From: Kondoa subrosea
Lineage: Eukaryota
Direction of reading: 5' to 3'
DNA length: 64,000 bases
Assembly: GCA_039545335.1 (NCBI GenBank)
Contig: BCIN01000001.1
Span: 3,847,136 to 3,911,135 of the forward strand
The notes beneath the pieces are model-generated. The model made no database searches. It saw only the letters and a list, made by a program, of their open reading frames with translations, and was not told the origin of the DNA. Position numbers and translations under genes: made by a program. Position 1 is the stretch's first letter; each line of letters starts with the position of its first letter. This document shows, one piece after another, positions 12,145-26,129 of this stretch.

Positions 12145-13671
12145 ATGACTACTAGACGCAAAAGTGGTAGACAAGCTGCAATAGCTGGTCGCGAACTACT
12201 ATCGCAGCTAGCGAAGGAGGATGGATACGTAATTGCCAATCCAGCTCTGTTCGCTACAGCTGCTGACCGTCTCAATAGACATCCGCTGATGATCGAGCCG
12301 ACTCTCGTGCGGATCATCGGGCGTGGACTTCTACTTCTGCTCCAGCACCGCTGAAACCAAAGGATGCAGCATCGGTCAGATTCGAATGGATCAAGAAAAT
12401 GTGCTCGGAAGTGAGAACGCCTGTTTTAGGTATGCATCAATTCTGCAGGTAGAACCCTGTAACTGATCAGCTGAGAACAGATGAAAATCGGTCCGAACCA
12501 GTTCACCTTCCTCTCGAAATCCAAAATCAAATTCTTGGTCATCTAGAAGAAGATCAGGACTGGACTTCCATCTCTCGCATGAGTCAAACTAGTCGATCAT
12601 GGTACGCAACCTTCTCGGCAGAACATCTGTGGATGGCAAGGTAAGAGCTTTATTGTCTGCTAGATCCAAGGGTCATACTGACTGTCCGACCAGAGCGAAA
12701 TTGCTTGGCGGAATCTAGAAGAGCAAATCTTTCCGATTGGCTGCAAACCTTCGTTAAAACTTACTCTGGAATCTGTTTCAAGTGTCTTCGGACCTGCGCC
12801 AGAACATTCAACCTTTTACCTGATCGACCGAAGATAACCAAATTATGCTTGCTGGTAATTTTCCTGTCTGTTCAGTCAGGACACATGCTGATCGTACCCA
12901 TAGTGCGGAGGTCGAAGCGGGTCCCAGTATTTGACCCTGACTAGAGACGAATGCATGACGCGGCCGTACAATCTTTCCGACGATGAGTTGGCAACTCTAC
13001 CATATCTGACTACAGTCTATCTGAGTCGTGCCCCCGTACTTCAATACCTCAAGTCCTCGATCGTCGCTATTGTGAAACACAAACAAGAAGCAGTTCGGTC
13101 GCAGCTCATCTATCAATTCCCCGGTGATCCAGCTGCCTTAATTGATGCCTTCGCTTGCGTTGATGCTTTGGATCAAAAAAGTACCGATCACCTGAAATTC
13201 AAATACGACAAGCTATTAGAGGAAGGAAAGATTGATGTGGAACAAGCTTTGCTCTTCATTGCTTATTTCGCTGCGTTACCGTTTGTCGAAGGGGATGTGA
13301 AAGAAAGATTGCAAAAGGACAATCAGATGGATAAAGAGGAAGAAGCGATAACTGCGTTGGCTGAAAACTGTGCTAAATATGGTGAAAGAAGTGTGAAATG
13401 GAGGGAAGCTTTGGCTGACGGAATCAAGACGATGAACGAATTCGTTACATGGCTCAACAGGCCTCCTCCTCCTCCACCACCGCCAAGAAGAAGTGGTAAT
13501 CAAGTCAGACGTCCGAACGCTGGCTGTGGTAATCCGAATTGTGGTAACACACCCGCGGGTGGTAAGTTTGAGGCAGGAAAGTGCAAATGTCGCAAAGCTG
13601 ACGCTGTTTGCAGCCTGTACCATGCGAAGATGTGCCCCTTGCTGCCAAGGACCTTGCGCGCGGCACAATAA
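12145..13671 (+). CDS. F-box protein with C-terminal Cys/His-rich putative Zn-binding tail
   Basis: The exon near 12480-12640 encodes VHLPLEIQNQILGHLEEDQDWTSISRMSQTSRSWY (F-box-like). CFKC..C motif, poly-Pro, then CGNPNC...CKCRKADAVCSLYH. Confidence 0.6.
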
Positions 13672-13877
13672 ATAGCGGGTCATGCAAGCTCAGCTTTACA
13701 GATCAGATTTCGTTCGAAAGCGACAAAAGATTTTCTCCCGTGGAACAATTCACATCTCATTTGCCTTGTACAGTCATGCATACAGAGTAGTTCATATTAA
13801 GTCAACCATCAGTCAGAATACCTATGCTATATCCCATGATTATTACGTGATACTATTTACAAGTGATACAAATACTA

Positions 13878-16544
13878 TTATTGCCATTCAGACCTTAGAC
13901 TGTCGAAGACTTTGACCATGACGCTTGACGAAGTCATCAAACTATGATCAGCTCCATCAACGACTTGAAGCGAGGATTCCGGTATCGCTTCTTTTAATGC
14001 TTGAACGCTAGCCAAGCTGACCCGATCATCTTTTGATCCATAGTAGATGGATACTGGTCTTGAGACATCAGAATAAGCGAATTCTTGCGAGTTGCCTGTC
14101 CTTTCCAATATTGCTAGTAGATCCGCTGTGCCGCCTTCCATAGATTCCGAGTAGGAAGCTCGTAAAAGTGCAGTAGCCAGATCGAAATGAGGTTTCTTCT
14201 CACCAGAAGGAGAACGAGCAGTATGACTGGATTGAGGTGAATGTGGACTCGGAGACGAGCGATTGCTTGACATGACAGAAGAAGGTCGAGTTGAGCTGCT
14301 CAAAGCAGAAGAGAAAGAAGATTGCCCCGAGGAAGGGACGCTACTAAGCCATTGACCGCGTTCAGCTTTGGGGGAGGTTTTGGGAGACGAAGATCGGAAT
14401 ATGGATGTCAGGAAGCTTTTCGGAGTACCACTTCTGCGACTAGAAGCAGGTCTTGCCGGTGGTAAAGTCGGCGAATCATGCGGATAGAGAGTAGCTGGCT
14501 TTCCAGCTGTCGGTGTAAGATCATCGTCCAATACTTCTTCCGCGTCTTGTTGATACTGGGCAGAACTGACTGGAGCCCATCGATCATATCCTACTGGCGT
14601 AGAGCGTAGACTGGGGTTCTTTCCCAGCTTCCATGATTGGACGCGCTGTCGCACAGAATCAGGCGAGCTCACTCTGAAATGAATAAAAACTCACCCATTC
14701 TGTAGCTTGTGCAGTCTTGATAAGACTATTCGGAACATACTTGAGTAGCTTGTATCCTGTTGTTTGTCCGTCCTGGTTGAGATCTATCAGCTTGTTCATC
14801 ACTCGGGCAAAAGTATACTTACAAGCGATTGGTTGACCCAAGGAGCCAGCAGGTGAATTCTCCCTTTCACTCTCTGCGGGCAAAGTAAGCTTGTCGCCAG
14901 AGCGTAAGGTGCACCGGCGGAGTGAGCCAATATAGAGAAAGAGCCGATTCCTAATTGATCTGCAACCTCTTGAACCGTTTTTGCCCATTGCGAAAATCCC
15001 CGTTGCTCTTTAGGTACACTATCTGATCTTCCTAATCCCCAACGGTCAATACATATCAACCTAAGTCCCATCGCTTCCGCTAGTTCGTCGTATAGTGCGA
15101 CTAAATAGCGAACGCAACCCAGACCAAGGTAGACGAATACTGGATGACCTTGAGAGTCGCCAACGTCTGCTAATGATAATGTGATTCGGGTATTGCTGAG
15201 AGTGTTGTCCGTGATTGAGATCAGACGGGTAAGTCGAGGTGAGCGGAGATATGTAGCTATTTCTTGATCTGATGCAGTGACTTTCGGTATAGTGGAAGGG
15301 ACAGGTATTGAGTTAATGACAGGTTCGATGACGGGTAAGGATTTGGCGTGATGTAATGGAGTTCGATCTGTTGCATTTTGATCTCCTAGAGATCGCGTGG
15401 CTTCTTGAATAATCGAGTCTACAGAAGAGGCACTGGCTGTCGAGGAATTTCTAGCGTGGCCGGAGCGTTGCATTGCGGAAGGTGCAGACATTCGAACTCC
15501 TCTGGAAGTGCTCGCTTGCACGTCCAAGCCCAAGCCAACAGAAGAGCTTGCTAAGTCTCTTGACAGTTCACTCAACGAAGGTAATTGACTAGTAGACGGA
15601 TGTGGAGAAGAATTGGCAGAAAGTCGTGGAGGTGTGGTATAATTGGCATATTTGCGAACAATGTCGTCGATTGAAGGTACAACGGTCTTCTCCTTCACTT
15701 GCGTCGGAGTAACTTGAGGAACCGGAGGCGCAGTCATGGTAGAGCGTCGAAGTGACGATTTAGAAATGACGGAGGAAGACCTTCTCCTTCTGCCTATTGT
15801 CAAGGGTGTTTTCTGGTCTTCCGTTGAAGGGGCTGATCTATGAGAAGAATCGTCCGTTTTCGTTCCAGCATCTTCTTCCTGCTCTGTTGTAGGTAACTCA
15901 TGTTGTAGCCTCTTGAGTTTCTCCTTGAGTTCACGTCCATGCCAGTCCAATTTAGTCTCATCCGATCTTCTATCTGACCTGGAACTTCGGCTTTTTGTCC
16001 TGCCTGTTCTGGTAGGAGATCTTGGCATATGGGTCAGAAGTTGGTCCATGTCCTCGAAAGCGATACTTTCCACTTTTAAAATTGGAAAGCGAGAACTATG
16101 AATTCGTGGAGGTTTGAGACGATCAGAAGATTGATCAGAGTCAGACGTCGAGTCATTGGTATTGACTGGTGATGTACTGTTGCCTGGTGAGACACTCGGA
16201 GCTCGACTGTGCCGTGAACTGGCTGGACTCCTGATACTGTTGTGCAGACGAAGATTGTTCTGGCTGCCATGACTGACAGATGTGGTACTACTCGTATAGT
16301 TGCTGCTATCAAGCGAGAGCTTGCTTGGCACTTTAGCTAGCGGCGGACGCTTTCTCCGAGTCGAAGATGCATTGACCGGCTGAGACAGAACCTCGCGATC
16401 GTTTGAAGACCTGTCTGGACTTCGATGTCTTCGTTTAGACTTGCGAGCAGACGAACGTTGAGACTGTACTTCAATGGGTTGATACAGGCTGAAATAGTCG
16501 TCCAGTTTGCTATTTGAGGAAGACGCGAGCGGTGCGGCTGTCAT
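13878..16544 (-). CDS. Alpha/beta hydrolase fold protein with long Ser/Arg-rich disordered N-terminus
   Basis: GHPVFVYLGLGC, LICIDRWGLGRSD, nucleophile elbow AHSAG, YGSKDDRV (Asp) and GADHSL (His). Confidence 0.85.
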
Positions 16545-16868
16545 TGTACTGGATTATAGAACAGAGCTCCGAAAGCGCTATCTGAGACGACGCAGCCGTT
16601 CTGGGGCAGAGTCAGAGTCCTAATATGGAGAAATCCGATAAGATTATTATCGTTGAATGATAGGCTGGGCTTTCCGGCAGATGTGACCTTGGTATCTCTC
16701 AGCAGCGGTTTGCAAGACACAGTCCGTTATTGGTATAAGTCATGAGGTATATCGACGTTTGGGTCAACTCAGTGCAAGAACGCGACTTCTGAGCTTTGAC
16801 GAGCTGAGTATGACCATTCTCGCTGCGAATGACTGCAAGCAAAGCTACGTTGCAGAACCGACAGTCAA

Positions 16869-19800
16869 TCAATGCTTCTTCCTCTTGTGTTTCTTCTCCC
16901 TCTAATTCAAGAAAATCGGTAAATGCACTTGACTCTTCAGAAAGTAACGCACCTCGATCCGTTTTAATGCTCGTTGCTCTTTTCGACCCCGTGCATCGAC
17001 CATCTGGACAGAAATGAGTAAAGGAACCGAAAATGAGCAAAATGACCGACCTTATATCGACCTTTCACGCCATTAGGTCTGCCCTTGTTGCCTTTATTGT
17101 TACCTTTGGCAAAGACGACCTTAACTTCGCTCTTCTTCTTTGGATCTTTAGAAGCCTTGTTGACGAGCTTAGCGATGGAGGAAGATTTCTCCTTTTCTGT
17201 CATATCTGCATTTTCGTTGATGACTTCAGCGTTCTTTTGCATGCGAGTGAGACGACGGTTTGCTCTGATCTTCTTGCGTGCTTTAGCTTCGGCGATCTGA
17301 AAGTAATGAAGAGTCAATTCCACTCAGACAAAAATCTAGAAATACATACTTTCTTGATCGGTCTAGCATTCATCGCTCTATCGCGAGCACGTAGAGCGTT
17401 GACAGCTTCTTTAGTGACTGGCAGATTCGTTCTGAAGTGCTTCATCTCATCATCCAAGAACCAGGGCGGCAGACCATCTTTGTCAAGGAAAGCATGTCGA
17501 TTGAAGCCTTCATCGATCAGTTCTGACTTTGTCTTCTCCCTGTTGACCAGTTGACTGGCGAGCGTATAGGCTTCCGCAGTCATGAGACCAAGTTCTGCGA
17601 GAACAGTAAGCTTGAGCAATTAGACAGTTACAGATGACTCACTCTCGGCCCGAGACTTGCTGGCATCTTCTAACGCCTGTTCGTCGACCAGTGGTACTTC
17701 TTCGTAATCTGATGAAGGTCCTTCTTCGTCCGAACTCCATTCAAGCACCTGATCAAAATGTCACTTATAGAGACCTCGATTGAAATAAGCGCATACATCT
17801 TGCGACATATCAGGAAGACCCTTGGAAGGAACAGAGCTGGTCTCTTCGGCTTCCTCTTCACTTTCGTCTCCTTTCAGAAGCGCATCGAGACCTTTGATAC
17901 CCTTGAAGACTTTCTGATCGTACCAAATAGCAGCAGCGCGTTCTTTCTGCGTAGCGACTACATCTTGATCTTGTAGGTCACTGATAAGTTTGCCGTTGCG
18001 AGCTCTCTTCTGCCCGATCACGGCGGCTGGAGCATTGCTTTCGCCTTCTTCACCATCAGAAGAATCGCTGTCTTCTTCCTGCTGCATCTGAACGAGCTCA
18101 TCGCCACTGTTTGCTTCATCTTCACTTTCAGACTGTTGATCTTGCCCAATTCCGCCCCATTCTCCGCCTTCCGAAATATGTTTCTTCATTCTCGAAGCTC
18201 TGGCTTTCTGTTTGGCATCTCTTTCCAATCGACGGTTCTGGAAGTCATCATAGAGTTCATCCATATTGCCTTCCAATCGATGCATCCGAAGTTCTTCTTC
18301 ATCCGAAGGTAAATCTTCTTCTTCTTCTGAACCCAAATCAAATTCCCCAATCTCTTCAGTATCGAGATCCATTCCAGCACCTTGATTGAGTGCTTTCGCT
18401 TTGCCTTTCCCATCGACGAGATTGAGATCAAACATTTCTGTATCGCCATCTGCTCGATTGAGACCAACATCCATTGGTGTTCCCATGTTCAGCTGCATCT
18501 TGAGTACATCTCGACTCTTTCTTTCGTTCACTCTTCGGCGATCTCTTCTTCTGCGCGTGAGTTCAGCATCATTTAAACGCTCAAGCTGTATAAAAGGAAT
18601 CTCAATAAGCAAAACGATATTGCTTGAAGAGTTCCTTTCTTACCTCTTGTTGCATCTGTTCCTCTTCATCCAAAGGCTCAACATCGGCGGTCTCGACCAC
18701 TTCAGTTACAGGCTGAATTTTAGCTTCCAAACCCATCTGTACGGAAATTCATTTAGTTTGGACTGCTTATAATACCCAACGGATGACCTACCTGTTCTCG
18801 TATGCTGACTCTCCACTTGAGTAACGTCTTGAAGTCTTTCTTGCCTAACACTTTCAAATCGAGACAAGCAGCTTTGACTTCTTCAGTTGTTAGATCGCTC
18901 GCTGCCAGTCTGTTAACATCGGATTAGCATTATCACAACTAAGCATGGCAAAGCAGCCTACTTCTTTCCTTGTTCACTTCCAAAATCAAACTTGCTCGCT
19001 TCTGAAAGGATCTTGATTGGATCACTTCTACCCATGACGAATTCTTCAACAGGAACCAATTTGAACAGAGTATAATCTCCTTCCTCGTAACCTTCTCTCT
19101 TCCTTCTCTTTTTCTCAGGGTGGAAGATATTAGTAGCATGAGCAGTCAATTTCACATTTGGTCCATCCCCATTTTCCAAAGTAGCTGGTAAGAGATCCAA
19201 ATCTTTGAAAACATGAGCTCCGGAAAGTAACTTTGGATCAATTCGTTTAGGTGCTAGATAACCAGAACAGACGACAAAGATTTCAGCGGAAACGTTTCTG
19301 GAAGAAGGTGGTTTGGTAGCTTCTACTTTTTGGAAAAGTTGGTTGAAGACGTATAAAAGGGAGTTGTAATCTTTTGATCTGAAGATTTTGGTGACGAAGG
19401 TTCCGCCTGAGATTAGGAACTCGGTAGCTAATTTCAAGGAGGAAAGAACGAGTTCGGCTTGAGTGAATGCATCTTGGACCCATGCTGTACCAACATTCGG
19501 TGCACCATCATGAAGTACGCTATACCCTAATCAGCGAATCAGCAAACAGGGTGAAGCAGTTTCACCAACACATCGGCTTTCCAGTCTTTGATTTCTGCAC
19601 GAATCTTGGTCCGACAAGCTGGAGTAGTAATATCTTCAACAAAAGTAATACAACGAGGAATAGGTTTGATAGGCGTCAGATCCACACCGACAATAATGGA
19701 ATCCGGAGGCATGTATTTCGAAGCGACTTGAAGCCAACCACCCGGAGCAGCGCACAAATCGATCACGCATCTTGATCGTTCAAGGAAATTGAATTTCTTG

Positions 19801-20116
19801 TCTAGTTGAATAAGCTTGAAAGCAGAACGAGCTCGATAACCTTGTTCTCTGCATGGAAGTCATCAGTCATGTTTGATGCTGCCTGACGAAAGAAACTGAC
19901 TTGGCAAGCTTGTAGTCTACAGAATCGCATCAGCTCCCTTCTATAATCAATTCAGCGTGCTCACATTTATCGAGACGGCCTGATAGAGTGGTAATGAGTT
20001 TTGCATGACAGTGTCCAAATCAGTGAAGACCAACCTTTGCCTGTCTTCTTCTCTGTAACAGGGCTGCATCAGCTCGGTCTGAGACTATCTGGCTGAAACT
20101 CACCTCTTTTACCCAT
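16869..20116 (-). CDS. SPB1: 27S pre-rRNA 2'-O-methyltransferase (FtsJ family)
   Basis: Micro-exons give [33 protein letters not shown], then [39 protein letters not shown] and C-terminal [16 protein letters not shown]. Confidence 0.95.
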
Positions 20117-21735
20117 CTCGGCTCGATGTTATGGGCAAACAGAAGAAATTTGAAAAATCTTTCCTTGATCTCAAACGGTCACTTTGCATCTATACCAGCG
20201 GATTCGGGTCATTAATCAGACGTCGGACTGCTGGAGATACCTATGGTTCACGCGTGTATCAAGCGAAGCGGATATGTAAATCAGCGAGAATGCAGAATTG
20301 GGAACGGAACAATTGCGCATTGCAAGAGGAAAAGGTCTCATTCGACGGGGACGAATTTTGGAGAGTGACTGGAAAATACGGACGACTATGGCGCGATCAG
20401 CTTATGGCACGAATTCCGCCCGAAAGAGCAATCTCGACTCTCCCTTGGATATATTGATGCATTACTATATACAAGTTCCTGAATGTATTGGACAAGATGA
20501 TCGAGACGAACGAGTGGGTATCTCTTCATCAGCCGTCAGAATACACCGCATTGTCAATGGAAAATGTCTTATCGCTTGTCTATCATACAAAGTCTTCATC
20601 CAGCAGCCTTTTACAACTTGGTACGAGATTACCTCGTACTGACTCGCTTTACGCTGGCGACTTGCAGTGAACTGTGTGTCGTCTCTTGAACTTCACGACC
20701 TGGACCATAAATCGCGGATCGTGGATCAATACTAATCATCTAGATATCTCTTGCGGAATCGTTCAATCCTTGCATTATGACTCGCGCTGGCAGACTGAAG
20801 AATAGATCAATCACTTATTACACTTTCGACGATTCCCTGGCAGCTATATTCAAAAGGCGAAATCGATGCCCACGCTGTCAGCAATGCTCCTTACTTGCAT
20901 TGCACATCTCGGCGCAGCTCTACAAATCAATCCTCTATTGTGAGCAAAGGGCCAGCAATATCATTGACACCCAGAGACTCACCCAGAAGAATTGCACAAT
21001 TCTTATCTGTCACAATTGGCTTTTCTGGATCGATCTCGCATTAGTTTACTCAAAATTCCAGCCTATACTGTTTTTCGCTGTAGAGATTGGTCTGTTACTC
21101 ACCAACATTGCTATGTTCTAGGAAAGAAAAGTACGGTATACAAAGTGACAGGGGTTGCTCAGACAGCAAGTCGGGTCAGTGAATCAGAGTCAACTCCTGA
21201 GAGCATAGAGAGCGCCTGCAGAACGTGTATCATCTGCATCATGCATTCATGCATTTCATTGTGATTACTAAGCAGTCACCGCCTCCTCGTCGATCTCGTC
21301 ACCTTCGTCAGAGCCAGCGTCGCCAAATGCTTATGAACCAAAATAGAAAGTCGGTCTTCACAGAACTGCTATGAGCTCTGCGCGATCAGACGCTTCTCCC
21401 TTTATGGCAGCGAGACAGCAGTGGGCTAAAGACCTTGTTATGAGGAGTTTCCAATTTTTTTTTCAGACACGGTCGAGCATGTGACTTCTTATTTACCAGG
21501 CCTGTCTGAGGGCCAGATTGGGGCGATGATAGGTGAAAATTGAATTCAGCAATGCAGTACCTTTTCCTTTTCTCCTTTCCCTTTTCCTTCCCTTCGGTCC
21601 TAATAGCCTCATAATCCGCAACTTTCTATCTATTCTTGATCTTATCTCTCTGCACGTTCGTTGAGCGTTCGCTCTTTGCGCGCGTGCTTCCCTCTCTTCA
21701 AGTGTACTCCTTTGCCATCAAGCTAGACGAACAAG

Positions 21736-24700
21736 ATGCCCAACCTATCCAAATCGCTCACCTGTTAGTGGAATCACAGTAGAACAAAAAACAAGAGCGT
21801 GCGAAACTGAATCATCGGCTTTGACAGGGTCTCCTACAATGGACATGAGATATCCAAAGCAATCTCGTGGTTTGCTCCTCACTGCTTTGGGAGCTATTGG
21901 TTTGTCGCGTTCATAAACCGGTTTTTAGAGCTGTGGCTGAGTAGTCAAACAGGTGTCATCTATGGAGATATCGGTACCAGTCCACTCTACGTACTGAATG
22001 CCATCTTTCCTGCTGGATCAAACCCTTCCGATGAAGATATTCTCGGCGGTATTTCAACAATCGTTTGGTCTTTCCTTTTCGTCTTGCTGTTCAAGGTACG
22101 ATGCAAGCAGACCGAAATCAGCATTGATCTCAAGCCTGATTTAGTATGGTTACGTCGCTCTCAAATATGGCACAACCAGCGGTGAAGGAGGTCCTTTTGC
22201 GTGAGTGATATTGCAAACAATCACTCGAACGATTCTAACTATCTGGCCCAGCCTCTACATGCGTCAGTCAGCATATTGTTACAATCGATCCGAATACTGA
22301 TATACAACTTTAGAATTGTTCCCTTCCGAACGCGATGCTGCATCGGTGCGCTGCTAAGGAGAACTGATCCAACCTTGAGCTAATTTTGTGCGTCAGATCG
22401 GCGTTCCCTCAATCGCTTCACCCAGATCCATTGATTCCGCTGAAAGCAAAGACGAACGTCTGATTGCTAGACCTTGGATCAAGCGTGTCATCCTCACTGC
22501 TTGCATTATCGGTGTTGCTGCTATCGTGAGTGGTCTAAACTCGAAGAATTGGCTTAATCTAATTTCTGTAATAGATGGCGGATGGGTAAGCTTGTGCCCA
22601 GCCAAGTCGTTTATTTTGCTGACGATGGACCTTCTAGTGTCTTGACTCCTGCGTGAGTAGTACTTCAGACTACTTCACACTAAATGGCTGATATGACTCT
22701 TTGCAGCGTTTCCGTCCTTTCAGCCGTCGGCGGTCTTGGTGTGAGCTTCTTATATTTGAGCGACAGCAATTTGCTGATACATTTTGGATAGGTTGTTGTT
22801 CCTCTCAAGGAGAACCAGATCCAAGGCATCACTATTGCGATTCTCTTCGCCCTTTTCAGTATTCAACGATTCGGCACTGCAAAGATCGGTTTCACGTTCT
22901 CTGTGAGCATCATGCATCACAACTTATTACAATGCCCCGAGCTGACCTGCCACAAACTAGCCCATCATGATCATTTGGTTATCGCTCTTGGGCTGCTCCG
23001 GTCTTTACAACGTAATTCAGTATCCTGGCATCTTCCGTGCTTTCGATCTCTCTCGCTGTGTATTGTGGTTTGTCAGGAGTGGTGACATCTCACAGATGGG
23101 TGGTGTTGTAAGTATTCTCGATGCTTTGATGGCATAAATCATTGAACGCAAAATAGGTTCTCACTATCACTGGTGTCGAAGCATTGGTATGTTTTTGTTT
23201 AGGTTGGGTGAGCTATGCTGACTATTCCTCAGTTCGCCAATTTGGGGCAATTCTCGAAGCCTGCGATTCGCCTTAGTTGCTTTACACTCGTGTATCCGTA
23301 AGTTCCACGTGCACAACCATATACAGAGCTCGACTTATCAATTTGGCCAGTTGCCTTACACTAGCATATTTGGGTCAAGGTGCACGCATTCTGCAAGATA
23401 GAGGAGTGCTAGCAAATGCTTTCTATTTGTCTATTCCTGGTGGATCTGGCAAGCCTTTATGGTGGATCACAGTGTGTTTGGCATGTTACTATAGAGATAC
23501 AAGTTTAATCGGCTTTCTGGACAGTGGATATTTGGCATCTTTGCCTGTGTAGTCGCTAGTCAAGCATTGATTACGGCTTCCTTTTCGCTCATTCAGCAGA
23601 TGGTTCGTCAAAATTGGTGTTGGATGTACCCTCGCTAAATGATTGTCCAGGTTGCCTTGAATGCCTTCCCCACTGTTGCAATTACGCATACATCGGACGC
23701 GCATAAGGGTCAAATCTACGCACCTATGGTCAACTTCATGCTGTTCATTGGCTGCTGCGCTGCTATCGGTGGTTTCGGTACTGACGCTGGCTTGACGAGT
23801 GCCTACGGATTTGCTGTTTCCTCTGTTCTCGTCATCACGACCTTCCTCCTCGCGTTGGTGATGGTCAACGTCAAAGGTCACCCCTTGTGGATCGTGATTC
23901 CCTTTTTCATCATCACTGGCTTTGTAAGCCAAGATCTTCCTGACTTGCATTTCATGCGCTGACAACGTCCAATCAGGTCGACATGCTTTTCTTTGCCGGT
24001 TCAGTATCAAAAGTACCACACGGAGCATGGTTCACTTTGGCTCTAGGAGGAGTAGTTGCTCTCTTCCTCCTGTTCTGGATTTGGGCAAAAGGCTTGGAAG
24101 ACAAGTTCGATGCGTCTCATCGACTCAGACTGAACCAGATGTTCATCCACGAACCAGTGGACGAGAAGGTTACATTGAAGGCACAAGAACACAGAACTTC
24201 AACTAACGTCGGCGAACATACCGTAGCTACCGACGACATCATTTCTTTACCTATGGTGGATCTGAAGAAAGATATTCTTGAAGAAGATTCCAAATTCCCA
24301 GAGCAACTCTGCCTCATCACCCCTGATGGGCCAGCTCCTCTACCTCGAGTCCCTGTATTCTCTTTCTTCCATCACTTGGGTAGCGGCAATGGCGCTCCTC
24401 ACTCCTTCTCTGCCATGACCAAGAGACAAATGGTGCTTCCTCGAGTGGTCATCTTCCTCGCCATCAGGACTGTAGATGTTCCGCGCTTGGATGACGAGGA
24501 CACAATCTTGATCAACAAGTTGAGAGCATTGGATGGTAAGCTTCATATTAGACAGGTGTGTTTCTTTACTAAGCATGCCCGCAGGTTTCTATGTCATGAA
24601 ATTGCGCTTGGGTTACCGTCAATACGTTGACTTACGCAATCTCGGTGCACCTGTTCTGGAACGCATCATTCAACTGGAACGCGGCACTACTGCTCTTGGC

Positions 24701-25009
24701 ACAGATCCAGCTCTTGACGCCAGGTTGGATCTGATTCGTCAAGCTGCAAAGAACGTCAACCACATTCTTCCTTCTTATCACGTTACTTCCAAGGGTTCTA
24801 GCTTCACCAACCCCTTGATCAAGAAACCGATGGATTGGATTCGTGCTTTGTTGCTTGAGGAATGCTATCGGTCGGTCTTTCTCTTGCATTTTGTCGTTCA
24901 CCTGCTCATTATGTCTGACAGCCGCGCGGACGCTAATTTCGCTAGAACTGACGACTACATCGTTGACGAAAGTCGCATTCTCCGTATTGGTGTCGATGCT
25001 GCTATTTGA
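21736..25009 (+). CDS. KUP/HAK/KT family potassium transporter, copy 1
   Basis: GVIYGDIGTSPLY, GEGGPFA, DGVLTPA, TGVEALFANLGQF, LAYLGQGA, GQIYAPMVN and SKVPHGAWF across many short introns. Confidence 0.92.
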
Positions 25010-25183
25010 TGAAGATTTGAAGATATGTTCACACGTTCAAGATATTTAGATTACGAGACAGTTTAGATGGGTTTTGCGTATAGATTAGAAGCTGTTGTAT
25101 TACTACCTCACATATTTATATACATGAGTTCCGTTTCGTGCATGGGTTTTCTCATTGCAATGACTCGTTAAGAATACTATTAA

Positions 25184-25776
25184 ATGGACTCGCCAGTTGT
25201 TGGCACATCGAATCCTCATCAATTAACGCTGTCAGCCGAAGCGCAGCATGCACTGGATGCTTACAAGCAAAAAGATAACAGCAAGAGTGGGCTATCCGTG
25301 TCGTTCTCTGCTGCAGCGCCAAGCTCATGCTGTTTTGCGATAGTCGTTGTTCGCTTCAAAGCTACAGGCAATAGTCCTATCATGAAGCAGAATTTCTTCA
25401 AGATCACAGCGTCGAATCGATTCCAAGCGGTGATTGCTTTCTTGCGGAAAGAGCTCAATTGGCCTGCTAAAGACCCACTTGTATGCTCTCTGGACAACCG
25501 CGAGCGATATTGGGCTCAATATGGATGTATATACAGTTTCTGTACATCAATGCATCTTTCTCCCCTTCACCCGATGATACCGTTTCCTCTCTCTTCAAGG
25601 TGTGACTGCTTGATATATCTTATCTCATCCATCTCATGCTGAGACTCTGTACACCAGTGTTTCTCAGTTGACAAGCAATTGATAGTCAATTACAGGTAAG
25701 CTTTTTCCTCAGGTACGGCGGTGTTCCAGGTCTCATAAGCTTCCACGACAAAAGTACTACTGCGGCTTGGGGTTGA
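25184..25776 (+). CDS. ATG12: Ubiquitin-like autophagy protein Atg12
   Basis: VVVRFKATGNSPIMKQ...FLRKEL...FLYINASFSPSPDD...LIVNYSTTAAWG* with terminal Gly; stop TGA at 25774-25776. Confidence 0.93.
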
Positions 25777-26129
25777 AACATTTGCAAACGAATCTCGAGT
25801 GCTGCGAAACGCCTTGCTCGGCTTTTCTTAAGCTTATCCTTCTTTGCAATATTGCCTCGAGACCTCGTGCTTCGCTACAATTGTTGACGCCCCTCGGATG
25901 GACCGGTATAGCACATGCCTCGCGTAGAAACAGTTGCCTATACGGGAAACGGGGAAATTACCTGTGACAACTCTTGGGCTGTGCCGTTTTTTGGGGGCTC
26001 GTAAATATTTACCTACTCCTGTCACAATTTGTCTTGTGCTGTTTTATTTTGGATTCTCTTGTCTTTCTTCTGCCACCTCCTCTTTCAAATTCTGCCCTTC
26101 CTCTTCTCTCTCGCGTAAAAGTGCCAAAA

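Noticed and set aside
7597..16544. Possible secondary-metabolite cluster around the diiron enzyme
   Set aside because: There is no NRPS, PKS, terpene, ATP-grasp or transporter gene nearby, and the neighbours are unrelated housekeeping-type genes.
17033..18772. Long plus-strand ORFs (173, 128 and 92 aa)
   Set aside because: They are antisense shadows of SPB1 exons, with composition explained by the opposite strand.
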